Shown piece after piece: positions 12,661 through 25,514 of a stretch of DNA of 64,000 nt. Position numbers and translations under genes: made by a program. The stretch's first letter is position 1. Every line of letters starts with the position of its first letter. The stretch covers positions 96,164,001-96,228,000 of the forward strand of contig NW_024704742.1 of assembly GCF_018977255.1 (NCBI RefSeq), in the 5' to 3' direction. Origin of the DNA: Callorhinchus milii. Taxonomy: Eukaryota. The notes under the pieces were generated by a model, which saw nothing but the letters and a program-made list of their open reading frames with translations, was not told where the DNA came from and searched no databases.

Positions 12661-14003
12661 GATTTAGTGTCAACATTAAGATGCTCCTAGATGCTATCCT
12701 GCCTGAAGGTGTTTTCTAAATACAAGTTGTTGTTGAGTGCCTAAATGTAAAACTATTCCATTAATCACCACTGATATTTCTCATCTTGCTGAAGGTTAAA
12801 CATTTCCAAAAACAATTAGAAAAGAAAGGATTTGGACCAGATATCGGTAACTAAATAGCAAAACATGCAAAATGGGTTTGTAACTCAGTTCTGAGTTGTA
12901 CATCTGCTATTGCAAAGAAAAGATCATTTTCAGCAAGCTGGGGTCTTTTGATCTTGTGCAAATAATTATTCTGTTCTTTTGCCAGTAACCACCACATTCT
13001 TAATCTTTAGCCCTTACAGTCAGATTTTCACAGAATTAAAGTGGATTTTTACATTTTCAGCAGGGTAACATTAATATGATTTTACTCTATAAATATCTAC
13101 CATTAAAATGTCTATTCTCTGAAATTACACACTCTGGAACAGAATGTGCTCTAACGTATAATCTGCACACATTTATGCACATATAGCTATGTTTGAATCA
13201 CAAGAACATAAACAATGAGAACAAGCCATTCAGCTCCAAAGTCCATATATAATCGTCCCTATCATAGATTCTACCCTGCTCACTTCATCCTCTGAGAAGT
13301 CAACGAGTGAGCGGCAAGAAAGGAAACCTCTGAACTTTTTCTCCAATCTCCATGGATAATTAAGCAAACAGCAGACAGATTATTATCCAGTCTTACCCAC
13401 ACTTAAAACTCTGAGAAGTTATGTTCCACAGCTAACTATTCAAAGTCCCAGCAGCACAGTGGTGTTCCAAAGGGAATTTGATTATCTGTGTCTATCCTTA
13501 TAACCTTACAATCCAATTCTTTACCAGAGAGTTAATCAAATCTTCTTCAGAACTTTCCAGTGGAGTTGAACAACATATCATTCACAAGATTATCCTCTCG
13601 TGACAGTATCAAGCTGTTTGTTAAATGAGTCCAATGTCCCAGCTCATTTCCTATTCGGGAAGACAGCTGTTTTTTTAAAAATTGTTTTGGCAGAAAATTA
13701 AGCATTTCAGATGTCCTCCTTACATGAAATGTAATTTATGTTGTATTGAATGGTAAAATCTAATTTGATTTCCAGCGAATAAATGGCAGACTACAATAAT
13801 TTAAATGGGTGTTTTGTACATACCATTAGGTCAATGTTTGATGTGTGGAAACATATGAAACAGCAAGTGAAACTAGCAATGAATACCCTTGTTAATGAAT
13901 TTGCCAAAGTTTAGATGAATGAACATGATTGAGGAACTCAAAGGACTATGATAACCTGTTTTAGTTTATACTGTAATAAAATGCCCTTGGGTTAAACCCT
14001 AGC

Positions 14004-14420
14004 AATAATAATCCTTGCTTTTGGTATAGTGCCTTATCATGTCATTGACACATCTCAAAACGTTTGAAAGGGATTACTGTGAAATGTACTGGCTGTGGAT
14101 TTTGTAGGCGAATGCGGTAGCCAACATGAGCACAACAATGTCCCACAAATAGCCATAAAATGAATGATTAATTTTATCTGAGGGATTGTTGGCCAGGACA
14201 CCAGGTGAAACTCCCTTCTCTTTTTGAATAACGCCATGGAATTTAATGTCCTTCTGAAAAGGGACCTCGATTTAGTGCCTCATCCAAAGGATGACACCTC
14301 TGGCAAAACAGTTCACCCCCAGAACTGCATTGGAGTGCCAGCCTGAACTGCAAGTTCAAAGCCCCAATGTGGAAGCCGACAATCTTTTGATTCTGAGGCG
14401 AGAGTTCTATCAACTAAGAC
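14004..14420 (-). mobile_element. Older Deu-domain SINE, near full length
   Basis: (TAA)n tail, Deu-like CACAACAATGTCCCACAAATAGC, and tRNA-like head TCTGAGGCGAGAGTTCTATCAACT. Confidence 0.8.
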
Positions 14421-14449
14421 TCATGTAAACCCTAGCATATGATAATCCT

Positions 14450-14540
14450 TGTTGATCCCGGGATCTGTTACTGTAAAGCGCTCTGAGACGCCGTCCGGCA
14501 TGGAGAGCGCTATATAAATCCAAGTTGTTGTTGTTGTTGA
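14450..14540 (+). mobile_element. L2 3' tail fragment (subfamily B)
   Basis: GCGCTCTGAGACGCCGTCCGGCATGGAGAGCGCTATATAAATCCAAG(TTG)n. The same tail occurs at 46320-46412 and 9706-9770(-). Confidence 0.8.
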
Positions 14541-17500
14541 TAACATTTTCATATTTAGTAAACGAGGAATAATTCTACCCAAATCCTTTTGATTAGCAGC
14601 ACCCAATTATTTTATTTCCACATTGGTGCATGCTATTTCTAGTTGTATTTTTGATTACATTACTTTTATCTACATTAAGATCGATCTGCCGTTTGACCCA
14701 TGCACAGAAAGTATCCAGGACACTAAGACTTGATTTTTTTCAGAGTCCCTAGATTAGCACGATAACTAATTTCCAAGTGTCTTTCATTCTATGGAAGCCA
14801 ATGTGCTTGTGGTTTGCCTGTTTCACGTTACTTGTTGGTGGGCGAGTTTTCAGCCTTTCTCCCCTTACTCCCTGGAACTCCGATTTGAAGTCACTCTGCT
14901 ACCCCCCCCCCCCCCCCACACTCACCCATTACTTCTAAAGCCTAGTTTCAGACCTATCTTTTACATTGTTTTTACAGTCACCTCTCCCCCACCCCCGCCT
15001 TCCTCAACTCCCTTGCCCCACCCCTTTCCCTGCACTCAGTTGCCTAGTCACTTGTGTGAAGCAATTTGAGATGTCCTCCAAACACAAAATATTAAATTGT
15101 CGTTATTCCCAAGTTAAAATGTAACAATTAAGCCAAATTTTGTGAGATAATGAAGCAAAGATTATGAATTTTGCAATGATGGGGTTATTTCCATTAGGAA
15201 TGGTGTGCATTGGTTTCAATGTAAGACTCTAAAGTCCTTGTTGTCATGGCATTACAGTGCTACATCAAGCCAAACGGGAGAGCTAATGGGTACACTTGCT
15301 TTTCTGATTGGCAGACCTATTTTTTTAACATAGAGACCATTACATGGTAAGAACTAGTCCCCAGGACTCACAATTAAACTGCTTGGTGTTCATAGACTAG
15401 AGTGGCAGTTCACTGCATCGAGTGATTAAGGTAGTGATAGTTTCTGAGTATTAGTCTCCATGGCATTTTTTTTAGCACGGTGACAACTCAATGCCACATT
15501 GGTTATGCTGCCTGGGGACATTTTCCATAAATCACATTTCTGCAGCTCTGCGCTTGTTTTGATGAGCTGATAATGAGGCAAAAGATTTACTGACGTTGGT
15601 GTGATCGCTTAAAGATGAGGGGAGGGGGGGAAAGGCTGCTGGTATAGTATGATGGTTCAAAATGGAACAATGCAGCTTTGCAGCCACAATTTCCGCAAAG
15701 AATGATATTAACTCTCATTCCCTCCATGAAGTGAGGTGCTAAAAGGATAATAATAATAATAATAATCCTTGCATTTGATATAACGCCTTATCTCACCGTT
15801 AAGACACATGAAAGCGGTTTACCGACTATATTGTAAAGTGAATTAACTGTGTATGTAATGGGCGAAAAGTGGCAGCTAATTGGGCATAGCAGTGTTCACA
15901 AATAGTCATGGATTGAGTGACATGTCTTTATGTGAATTCACCAAAATAAAATTGGGGGGATTTCTATCAATCTGTCTTGATGTGATTTCACATGCCCTTG
16001 CAGCCCAACAGAAGTCTTTGGATATTATTCAGGATTAGGAATCCCAGACAATGTTTCACTCTCTTAACCCAGGTTTACTGTGGTCAATAATATCAAATCC
16101 AACTCCTACCTCCATTGGGATCAGCTAACTCAGCCAGAGCAGGATGCAGATCTGCAGGCTTTTTTTCTCTGTGGCCTGTATTGCCTTTATGCACTAAGTC
16201 TTCAGGGAGACTCAATGCACACCTTTCATAAAGGAAAATGTGCAATAGTTCAGTAAAAAGGTCAATTTTAAGAACTTTAGCAAAGAAATATTCTAATACA
16301 ATAGAAATCTACATAATTCAGTTTGAGTAGCAGGAAATACTTGTTTCCTGAAAAATTGCAGACGGGAGAAAAGGCCTAATCAGCAGGCAATGAAAAGTGA
16401 ACAAGAAAAAACTTCAGAAATAGAAGTGAGAAATAAGAGACATTAGTAAGACCAATTTTTCTCAATGCCAATGTGTTTAAGAAGAAATTTCACTTGCTGT
16501 TTCTTTACAATCAGGTCCATTTTCCTATTGACTCTGGAAAAGTAGCTGAGAAGAATCATTTCTGGTAGAGTTTTTTCTAATAGAGTTTGATTCCACTATA
16601 TACACTTGAAAAAAAGTTGTACAACTGATGTAAATTAGAAAGCTTGAGGAATGACAGAGGCCAGGGATTTGGGATATTTTTCTACTCTTCACATCCAGTG
16701 CTATTATTAAGCCTTCCTGCATCTGATATGATGTGGACAAAGCAAAGCTTCATCTACTAAAATGCAATAATGGCCCTTAACTCCACATTGTCTGTTAAAT
16801 CTCAATAATGTCCCCAAACCCCAATTGATCACTTGTTAGCAGGAATGTTGCAGTGGAGATATTAACAGGAGAAACATTGTGCCCAGAAAAACTTGCTCTT
16901 GCTCTCAAGTGGAATAATCTGCATGTTAAAATGATTCTTCTATATGATATTGAATATGTAAACAGAATATAACAAGAACATAACTAGCAGAGAATTAGAG
17001 ACATTAGTAGCAAAACATAGGGTAGATGCAATTACATATATGTGTGTATACATATTCTGCAAATAGCAATATATCTTATAGATGATTCTAATCAGACCCG
17101 AATGCAGTATCCAATAACATTCCCTCGCATCCTGTCTTGCTCCCATGATGCTACGTTTGCCTCCTCTGTCCTGTTACCACTTCCTTCTCCAAGGTCATTG
17201 CTATTCCCTGTCCTCTCCCTGTATATTCAATGTGTTGATAATTTCTAATTACCATTGAGTAGAAGCTGTACTTTCAGTGGGTATTAGACTACTTTTAATA
17301 GTTTTACACCTCTCTGTACATCTCGATTTACTCGAGCATTAACCAATTACTGCCAGGGAACAAACCATTTAGCAGTTTTTAGGGATATACACTATTTGCA
17401 TTATTTTAGCTCATTATTTTTAAAATATTTTTTAACATTCTTATGTGAATGCATATTGTGAATCACAATGAACCCAGGAGATGTGAGTGCAATGAAGGAA

Positions 17501-17808
17501 AATATTTGGATGAAGATCATTTCCCATGAGAAGCTTTAGAATTTAATATAATAACATGATAAACCTTGCATTTGATATACTACCTTATCATCTTGTTGAA
17601 ACATCTTAAAGAGCTTCACAGGATTTACTGCAAAATGTAGCATGTGGGCGAACACAGCAGCCAATTTGTACATAGCAATAACCCACAAACGGCTATGTCT
17701 TGATGAATGATGAATATATCAAGATACTGGGAGAAACTCCTTTATGTGTTCAAAGAATGCCACGGGATCTTTAGGGTTCACCTGAACAGGCAAATGGAAC
17801 CTCAGTTT

Positions 17809-18195
17809 AATAATAATTTTTGCATTTGATATCTTGCATTGTTACATCTTCTAGACGCCTCAAAGCACTTGACAGAATATACTTTAAAGTGAATTGACTA
17901 TGTTTTGTGAGCGAAACGCAGCAGCCATTTGTGCACAGCAGTGTCCCACAAACAGTCATGGAATAAATGACCAAATTATTACTTTTTTAACATGTATTTA
18001 TTTATATATTTTTGAAGGGATTATTTTGAAGGGAAAACGATCTGCCAATTGTCTAACAACTAGGTTCCTACTTACTGCTTGGTAAACAGAGGCATATGGA
18101 GTAAAGAAGCTTGCCCAATGTTTCGTCCTACCCAGGAATCAAACCCAGGTCCTGAGCTTGGAAAGCGAGTGCTCTAACCACGAAGCTACAGGACT
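17809..18195 (-). mobile_element. tRNA SINE, long subfamily, nested in an older Deu SINE (17545-18215)
   Basis: Same head and tail as the 7161 family plus an extra central segment. TTTAA flanks both ends. Confidence 0.85.
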
Positions 18196-19686
18196 TTAAT
18201 ATTTTATCTGAAGGATTTTCATTTATATACATATTTTACATCAGGAAGATGTCTTAAAGCATTTGGTACTGTTGCCTGGGCATCAAAACTATGGGTTGGA
18301 GCCAGAGGGGATGGGGAAAGATAATCGCATGAGACTTGAAGTGTTCATGCATAACTGTGGCATTTGAAGTTCAAAATCACTAGTTTGCTTATTTATTTAA
18401 TTTTAGATATCAATAATTAGATTGAATATTGATTTACCATTGGTACACTAAGGCACCACATTTGTGACGAATTGTCAATGCAAAAATGTGATTTAGAGGT
18501 TATCACACTGGGTTAAATGCCAGCACATTACAACACCACGTTAAATGCCAAGATAATCATTCCACTATATCCACTACAAAAACATAAGTGCATTCAGAAC
18601 CATTCCAACAAGAGTGATGTGCAGTTTAACACAGGAACATAAGAATACATGGAATGAGAAAAGGCCATCAAGCCTCCTCCTTCTATAAAACCAACAAGGC
18701 CTGTAAATTCACAGTGGAGCAAAGAATAAAATAATCTCCCTTTCTAAGGTCCATAAATTTACTGACCTTTAGAGAATAACCCTTAAATTGCAATGTGATC
18801 TTATCAGTGATCTACAAGGGCTTATTTAAAGTTAAATAGCCAAGTTCCCTAAGGATGCAGTCTGGTAATAAATTCACATTGTGTCACAATGACACAATCC
18901 AATTCATAATTAATTGTAATTAGGGCCAAATGTAGCTTTCAACATAAAAGCTTTGCTAGGTAAAATTTTATAGCATTTCTGGAAAGTACAAGATTGCTGA
19001 AGCCATAATTTTGCAAAAAGGAACAGCAGTGAAAGAACATAAGAACATAAGAATTAGGAGCAGGAGTAGGCCATTCGGCCCTTCGTGCCTGCTCCGCCAT
19101 TCAATAAGATCATGGCTGATCTTCTCACCTAACTCTGATGCCCTATCCCCATATCCCCTAATCCCTCTATTTTTCAAGAATCTATCAGTCTCAGCCTTGA
19201 AAATGTTCAAGGACTGAGCATCTACAGCCTTCTGGGGTAGTGAATTCCATAAGTTCACTACCCTCTGAGTGAAGAAATGTTTCCTCAACTCTGTTCTAAA
19301 AGGCTGACCCTTAATTTTAAGACTGTGACCCCTGGTTATAGATTCTCCTACCAGGGGAAACAGTTCCTCTGTGTCTACTTTATCCAGCCCTTTAAGAATC
19401 TTATAAGTTTCAATAAGATCCCCCCTAATTCTTCTGTACTCTAGAGAATACAGCCCTAGTTTATTCAGCCTATCCTCATAGGTCAGTCCCCTCATCCCAG
19501 GAACTAACCGAGTGAATCTACGCTGCACCCCCTCTAGGGCAAGTATGTCCTTTTTTAAATAAGGAGACCAAAACTGCACACAATACTCTAGGTGCGGTCT
19601 CACCAAAGCCCTATACAGTTGCAGCAAGACTTCCCTACTCTTATATTCTAAACCTTTCGAAATGAACGCTAACATGCCATTCGCCT

Positions 19687-20634
19687 TTATGTTGCTTGCT
19701 GCACCTGCAAACTAACTTTTTGGGACTGGTGTACAAGGACACCCAAATCCCTTTGAATACTAACTCTATCTAACTTCTCCCCTTCCAGAAAATAATCTGT
19801 TCTTTTATTCTTGCTACCTAGGTGAATAATTTCACACTTGCTAACATTGAATTCCATCTGCCACCTACTTGCCCACTCCCCTAGCCTATCTATATCTTGT
19901 TGCAATCTTTTTGCATCATCCTGAGAGCTCACTCTGCTACCTAGTTTAGTATCATCCGCGAATTTAGACACATTACATTCAATGTCCTCGTCCAGATCAT
20001 TGATGTAAATGGTAAATAGCTGAGGCCCAAGCACTGATCCTTGTGGCACTCCACTAGTTACATCCTGCCAATTCGAGAATGATCCGTTTATCACTACTCT
20101 CTGCTTTCTACCCGATAGCCACTCTTCTATCCATGTTAATATTTTCCCATTAATCCCGTGGGCCTTGATCTTGAGTAACAGCCTTTTGTGTGGCACCTTG
20201 TCAAATGCCTTCTTAAAATCCAAATATACCACATCTACTGGTTCCCCCTTATCCAACCTGCTGGATACATCCTCAAAAAATTCTAAAAGGTTAGTCAAGC
20301 ATGACTTCCTTTTTGTAAAGCCATGTTGACTCTGCCTAATCTTTTTATGGTCTTCCAGGTATCCCATAACTACGTCTTTTATTAAGGACTCAAGAATTTT
20401 CCCTACAACTGACGTCAAACTAACTGGTCTATAGTTTACCCTATTTTCTCTCCCACCCTTCTTAAATAGTGGAGGTACGTTTGCAATCTTCCAATCAATG
20501 GGAACTTTTCCAGTATCCACAGACTTTTGGAAGATTATAGATATGCCATCCACTATCTCAGTAGCCACCTCCTTTAAAACTCTCGGATGCAGGCCATCCA
20601 GTCCAGGGGTTTTATCGCTTTTAAGACCCGACAA
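19687..20634 (-). pseudogene. CR1 ORF2 reverse transcriptase fragment
   Basis: RT motifs are intact. It differs from the copy 2 RT at 9 of about 315 residues by eye and ends at the frameshift QVQQAT*. Confidence 0.95.
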
Positions 20635-20995
20635 TTTACCTAGGAATCATTTGTGTTTATAACAGTATGTTGGGAAACTTGTAGTATTCTTGGTTAGACA
20701 TTGCTAAGATCAATTTAGTGGATAGTAAATTGGGTGGTACGTACAGGTATTAGTTAAAATGTATGCTCAGTGCTGTTGTTACATTATTTAGTAGAAGACA
20801 GCAGCTGGCACTAAATACATAGTCTCTGTGTATCTAGTTTAGGAAGGTAAAACCAGCTAGAGTTTCTCATCCTTATTATTATTGACCACTGCTAAAAGTT
20901 TTAATCAATTGATCTTGTTCTTGATCAAGTCACAAATTATGTTGTCCAACAGGATATTTAATGGGCAAAAACATCTACCTGTAAATAGAATTTGT

Positions 20996-21316
20996 GGAGT
21001 CCTGTAGCTCAGTGGTTAGAGCACTCGCTTTGCAAGCGAGAGACCTGAGTTCAGTTCCAGGCAGGGCGAAACCTTGGGCAAGTTTCCTTATTCCACACGC
21101 CTAATAATAATCCCTCCAAAAAACCAAAAAACAATAATTAAATTGGTCATTTTCAATCTACGACTGTTTGTGGGACATTGCTGTGCGCAATTGGCTGCGG
21201 CGTTCGTCCACAAATATACAGTCAATTCACTTTACAGTGTGTTCTGTGAAGCGCTTTGGGACGTCCTCCTGACGTGAAAAGCGCTATATCAAATGCAAGG
21301 ATTATTATTATTATTA
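20996..21316 (+). mobile_element. Young tRNA SINE, short subfamily, inside CR1 copy 1
   Basis: Near-identical to 7161-7475, with a perfect anticodon-like arm CTCGC-TTTGCAA-GCGAG and a (TTA)n tail. Confidence 0.93.
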
Positions 21317-23849
21317 ATTACTAATGTTAATCTCCCTAAATTGCTCGCTACCATTGTCTTCTTGGTCCTCTATTTTTGGTATGTTTCCAGTGTCTTCTAC
21401 GGTGAAGACTGTAGAAAAATACTTGTTTAATGACTCTGCCATGTCTTTGTACCCTATTATAATTCCTCCCGTCTCTGCCTGTAATGGACCCACATTCACC
21501 CTCGCTAGCCTTTTCCTCTTTATATATTTGTAAAAACTCTTGGAGTCTGTTTTTATGTTCTTTGCTAGTTTGCCCTCGTAATCTATTTTCTCCCTCTTGA
21601 TCAATTTTTTGGTCCTCCTCTGTTGTTCCCTAAAGTTCTCCCAATCCTCGGGTTTACTACTCATCTTCGCTGTTTTATAGGCTTTTTCTTTTGATTTGAT
21701 ACTTTCCCTAACTGCTCTAGTTAGCCATGGCTGCACAACCTTTCCCATGGCATTCTTATTCCTCAAAGGAATATGTGCTCGTTGGGAATTTTGCACTATC
21801 TCCTTGAATGTCTGCCATTGCTGGTCTACCATCAAATCTTTTAAGTTTAGTCTCCCAGTTTATTCTGGCTAAATCCTCTCTCATACCAGCAAAGTTGGCT
21901 CGATTTAAATTGAAGACTTTTGCTTCAGACTTAACTACTTCCTTCTCTAACTTAACGCTAAATTCCATCATATTATGATCGCTTTGCCCTAGAGGAGCCT
22001 TAAGTTCCAGTTTGCTGATCAGTCCTGTTTCATTACACAAAACAAGGTCTAATATGGCTTGTTCCCTGGTCGGCTCCTCATCATATTGATCTAGAAAATG
22101 ATCTCTAATACATTCTATAAACTCCTCTTCTATGTTACCTTTCCCAATTTGGTTGTCCCAGTCCATGTGCAGGTTAAAATCACCCACAATTAGTGTCTTT
22201 CCTTTGCTACGTATCGCTACCCATACTGACTCTACATCTTGCTTTTCAGATTTAAAATCTTTCCTCTCTACTGTTTTTATCCCATCCTTTATTAGCAGGG
22301 CCACTCCCCCTCCTCGTTTACCAGATCGCCTATCTTTCCTATATACCACATAGCCGGGAATATTCAGTTCCCATCCCTGATCACCCTATAACCATGTCTC
22401 GGTGATGGCTACTAGTTCATACTGTTTGTCTCTATTTGTGCAACTAATTCATCTATCTTGTTACGAATGCTTTGTGCATTCAGATATAGCGCCCTTAATT
22501 CTGACTTCCGGCTATTAACCCTATTCACCAGCACTCTATCACTGTACTTCCTTTCCCTGCTTGACACACTTTGCTCTTCTCCCTTGTTAATCTGGTCTCT
22601 TGCTTTTGTTGATCTCAAGTTTAACTGTGGTGGACTATACTATATTTTTACCTACCCCCCCCTTAGTAGTTTAAAGTCCTTTCTACCTCCCTATTTATTC
22701 GCGTAGCCAGGACATTTGTCCCAGCCCTATTTAGTTGGAGCCCATTCCTTTGGAAAAGCTCCCATCTTCCCCAGTGCTCCTGCCACTGGCCCATGAATTG
22801 GAATTCCTGCTCTCCGCACCACTCTTTCAGCCAGGCATTCAGATCTATGATCTTCTTTTGCCTGTACCAATTAGCTCCTGGCTCAGGTAACAGTCCCGAT
22901 ATCATCACTTTGGAAGTTCTATTCCTTAGTTTAATTCCCAATTCCTGGAACTCACTCCTTAACTCATCCCTACTGGTCCTACCAATGTCATTGGTCCCTA
23001 TATGTACCATTACGATTCGATCCTCTCCCTCATGCCTCAAATTTATCTCCAGCCCGGCGGTGACATCCTTCACCCTGAAGTTGGAATCCTATAGAAATTA
23101 ACAGGAACAATGTGAAGGATCTACAAAGTGCACTCACAAGTGTGATGTGTTCATTGAAATCCCCTTCTTGTCTTGACTGGATGTATGATCAGTTTGGCGT
23201 ACGTTTTCTGGCTTGGGTTGAAACAAATGCTGCAATCAGGCTCGAGCAGTTGCCCATCTCTCAGATGCAAAGGAATTATATACGTTGACACATGACAACA
23301 GTTTGAGTACCTGGGCCCCAACATTCCTCTTTGTTTTAGGCTTAATACCATTGTCTTTAACATTTACGATTGCGCAGAAATTTACAGAATAGTCTTCAAT
23401 TCAATCTTAATTTGAAAGCTGATTTTGCCAGTCCTTTTTGAAACTATGGGAAGTGGTTTTCCAAAATTTATCATGATCTTACGTTTTAAGTTTCTTTAAG
23501 AACATGGGGAAATTTGACTTCAGATGGCTAATGGCACAGTCACTGGTCATTTTTTGGGGGGTGCAACCGGGTATCTGACACATGTGGAAACCCATCACCA
23601 TGTTTAAGAGTATCCAAACCTAGCTGAGATTTCCATGCATCATATTACACATGGAAATTAAGGGATAGATTGTTGGAATGGAATGCACTCTCTCTCTCTG
23701 GAGGGATGCATCCTGCTTACCTAATTACGGAAAGTATTAGGTGCAAATTGTCAAGAGCCAAGAGTTGGAAAGCCAGAGTGTGCCTTGGGGTACTGCTGGA
23801 GTCTAACCACCTAAAACCGCAAAGCTTGCCATTGATATTGCTGTCCAGC

Positions 23850-24025
23850 TGCTACTCATTAGGGCATTGGCTTGTAGGGTTAACAGGAGCTGACTGGTCT
23901 GCCCTTCCAGGTTCTTTTGATGAGGCCGGCTGGCTGTACTGCCATCAAGCAGTGCCCCGGAATCCTGCAGACCCGCTTGGCTCAGGAATCGGACTACCGA
24001 GGCCGCCACAGAGGCTGACTCAATT
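23850..24025. repeat. Unclassified interspersed repeat, inverted paralog of 45475-45657
   Basis: The reverse complement CAGCTCCTGTTAACCCTACAAGCCAATGCCCTAATGAGTAG aligns with CAGCTCTTGTTAACTCTACAAGCCAAAGCCCTAATGGGTAG near 45616-45656. Confidence 0.75.
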
Positions 24026-24239
24026 CCAACAATACTCCATTCCAATATTCCAACATTTCACTTTGGACCCAGTTCAGCTCCAAGGAGACCACACTTACCT
24101 CACCCCCAAGGAGAATAGTCACTAGTTAGTCGTTCAAACCACTGGCGTCAAAATAACCATGGAAGGGAAACCCAATAAATCATCATCACTTGTGCAAAAG
24201 CATATGTTAACTCAAGTATGTTCAAAGATATTATGTTTG

Positions 24240-24653
24240 GTGTCAGCTTGGCTCAGTTGGTAGCAGTCGTATCTCAGAGTCAGAAGATTGCGGCTTCAAG
24301 CCCCATGTTGGGACTTGGAATTTGCAGGCTAACATTGCAATGCAGTGTTGGGAGTTTGCTGCATTGTTTGATCTGCCATCCTTCGAAGGGACATAAACTG
24401 AGGGTCTGTCTGTTGTTCAGGTGAACGTTAATGATCCCATGGCACTATGAGAAGAGATTTCTCCCTATGTCTTGGTGAACAATCCCCTAGATAAAATTAA
24501 TCATTTATTTTATGGCTGTTTGTAGGACATTGCTGTGCTTTTGACTGCCACATACAAAATACACACTCACTAAACTTTACAGCATATACTTTGAGGCTTC
24601 TTCCTAACATGAAAGATGCCATAATAAATGAAAAGATTATATTATTATTATTA
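24240..24653 (+). mobile_element. Older Deu-domain SINE, full length
   Basis: Head TGTCAGCTTGGCTCAGTTGGTAGCA..TTCAAGCCC, Deu-like GGCTGTTTGTAGGACATTGCTGTGC, and (TTA)n tail. Confidence 0.82.
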
Positions 24654-25514
24654 GATTGTATCCTTCATTTGTATATGCACATTAAGAGTGCATTGTTCAT
24701 TGCAACATGTCTGCACTGACCCACTGCCATATGGTGTGGGTCGGTTACACTTAGTTACAAATAACACAGAAGATGGTACATTTCATTGAAGGCATTTTGC
24801 GTAAAACTTCATTGGTACCTTGAAAGGCAATGATAACCAGCAGAAAGATGCTGGCAATCATCAATAATGCAGTTTAAGTGAAAGTAAAAAGAGTATGGAG
24901 ACATTGTGTCAGCCAGAGTGTTTTATTATTTTTTAATCAGAGTGGTGCTTCCTCCAGTGCTTTGAATTTAAGTTTCAAAGTAAGATCCCCAGTGTATAAG
25001 CCGCCCTCATGAAATATTGCACGACTTTCAAGTGGATTCTACATGAAATTTACAATAATGTTCAGTGTAGAGGAAGGAATTATTTCTGCTGAAGCTGAAT
25101 GTTGTATTAGCATTCCCAGTGGTTCCTTGAAAAGGGTTGTTGCATTGAATCCAAACTGATCTGTACTGGAAGCTTTATTCCTTATTGTGAATCGTTTATC
25201 AATCGTTGTATTAATTCTGCATTGAGGAGGTGGGTTACTTTTGAGAGATGTCATCTATTTCATGTCTTCTTTGTTGTCCAGAAATAGGGAGCTAGCATGC
25301 ACAGTATTAGATGAATCTAGGCAAGGATGCACAGCTTCACAATGACACTGAGCATCGGTACAACGCATGAGTATGTTCTCTCAATGCCTCAACTCATGTT
25401 GCTGAATACTGTTCCATTCCATAAAATTCCCGGCAAGACAAATGATTGGAAAGCATCCTTCATATTTCACAGCTGAACAGCAGATTCGAATGCACTGTTG
25501 ATTAGTAAACTGTC

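Larger units (their letters stand above)
19033..23077 (-). mobile_element. CR1 LINE copy 1, 5'-truncated within ORF1 and interrupted at 20644-21317
   Basis: ORF1 esterase remnant (22663-23073), APE (21756-22618), RT (19687-20634, with [30 protein letters not shown]), C-terminus 18968-19675, and a (TTCTTATG)n tail at 19033. Confidence 0.97.

Noticed and set aside
18878..18898. 9-bp perfect hairpin ATTGTGTCA-CAA-TGACACAAT
   Set aside because: Short enough to arise by chance in 64 kb, with no supporting context.
20996..21070. tRNA-Ala(TGC) gene
   Set aside because: The anticodon arm is perfect, but the T and acceptor stems are imperfect. It continues into a SINE body and tail and recurs in several copies, so it is a SINE head.
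23915..23942. Hammerhead ribozyme-like TTGATGA-GGCC-GGCT-GGCT
   Set aside because: Neither copy of the repeat has an intact CTGATGA, and the required GAAA after stem II is absent (GTAC/GTCC).
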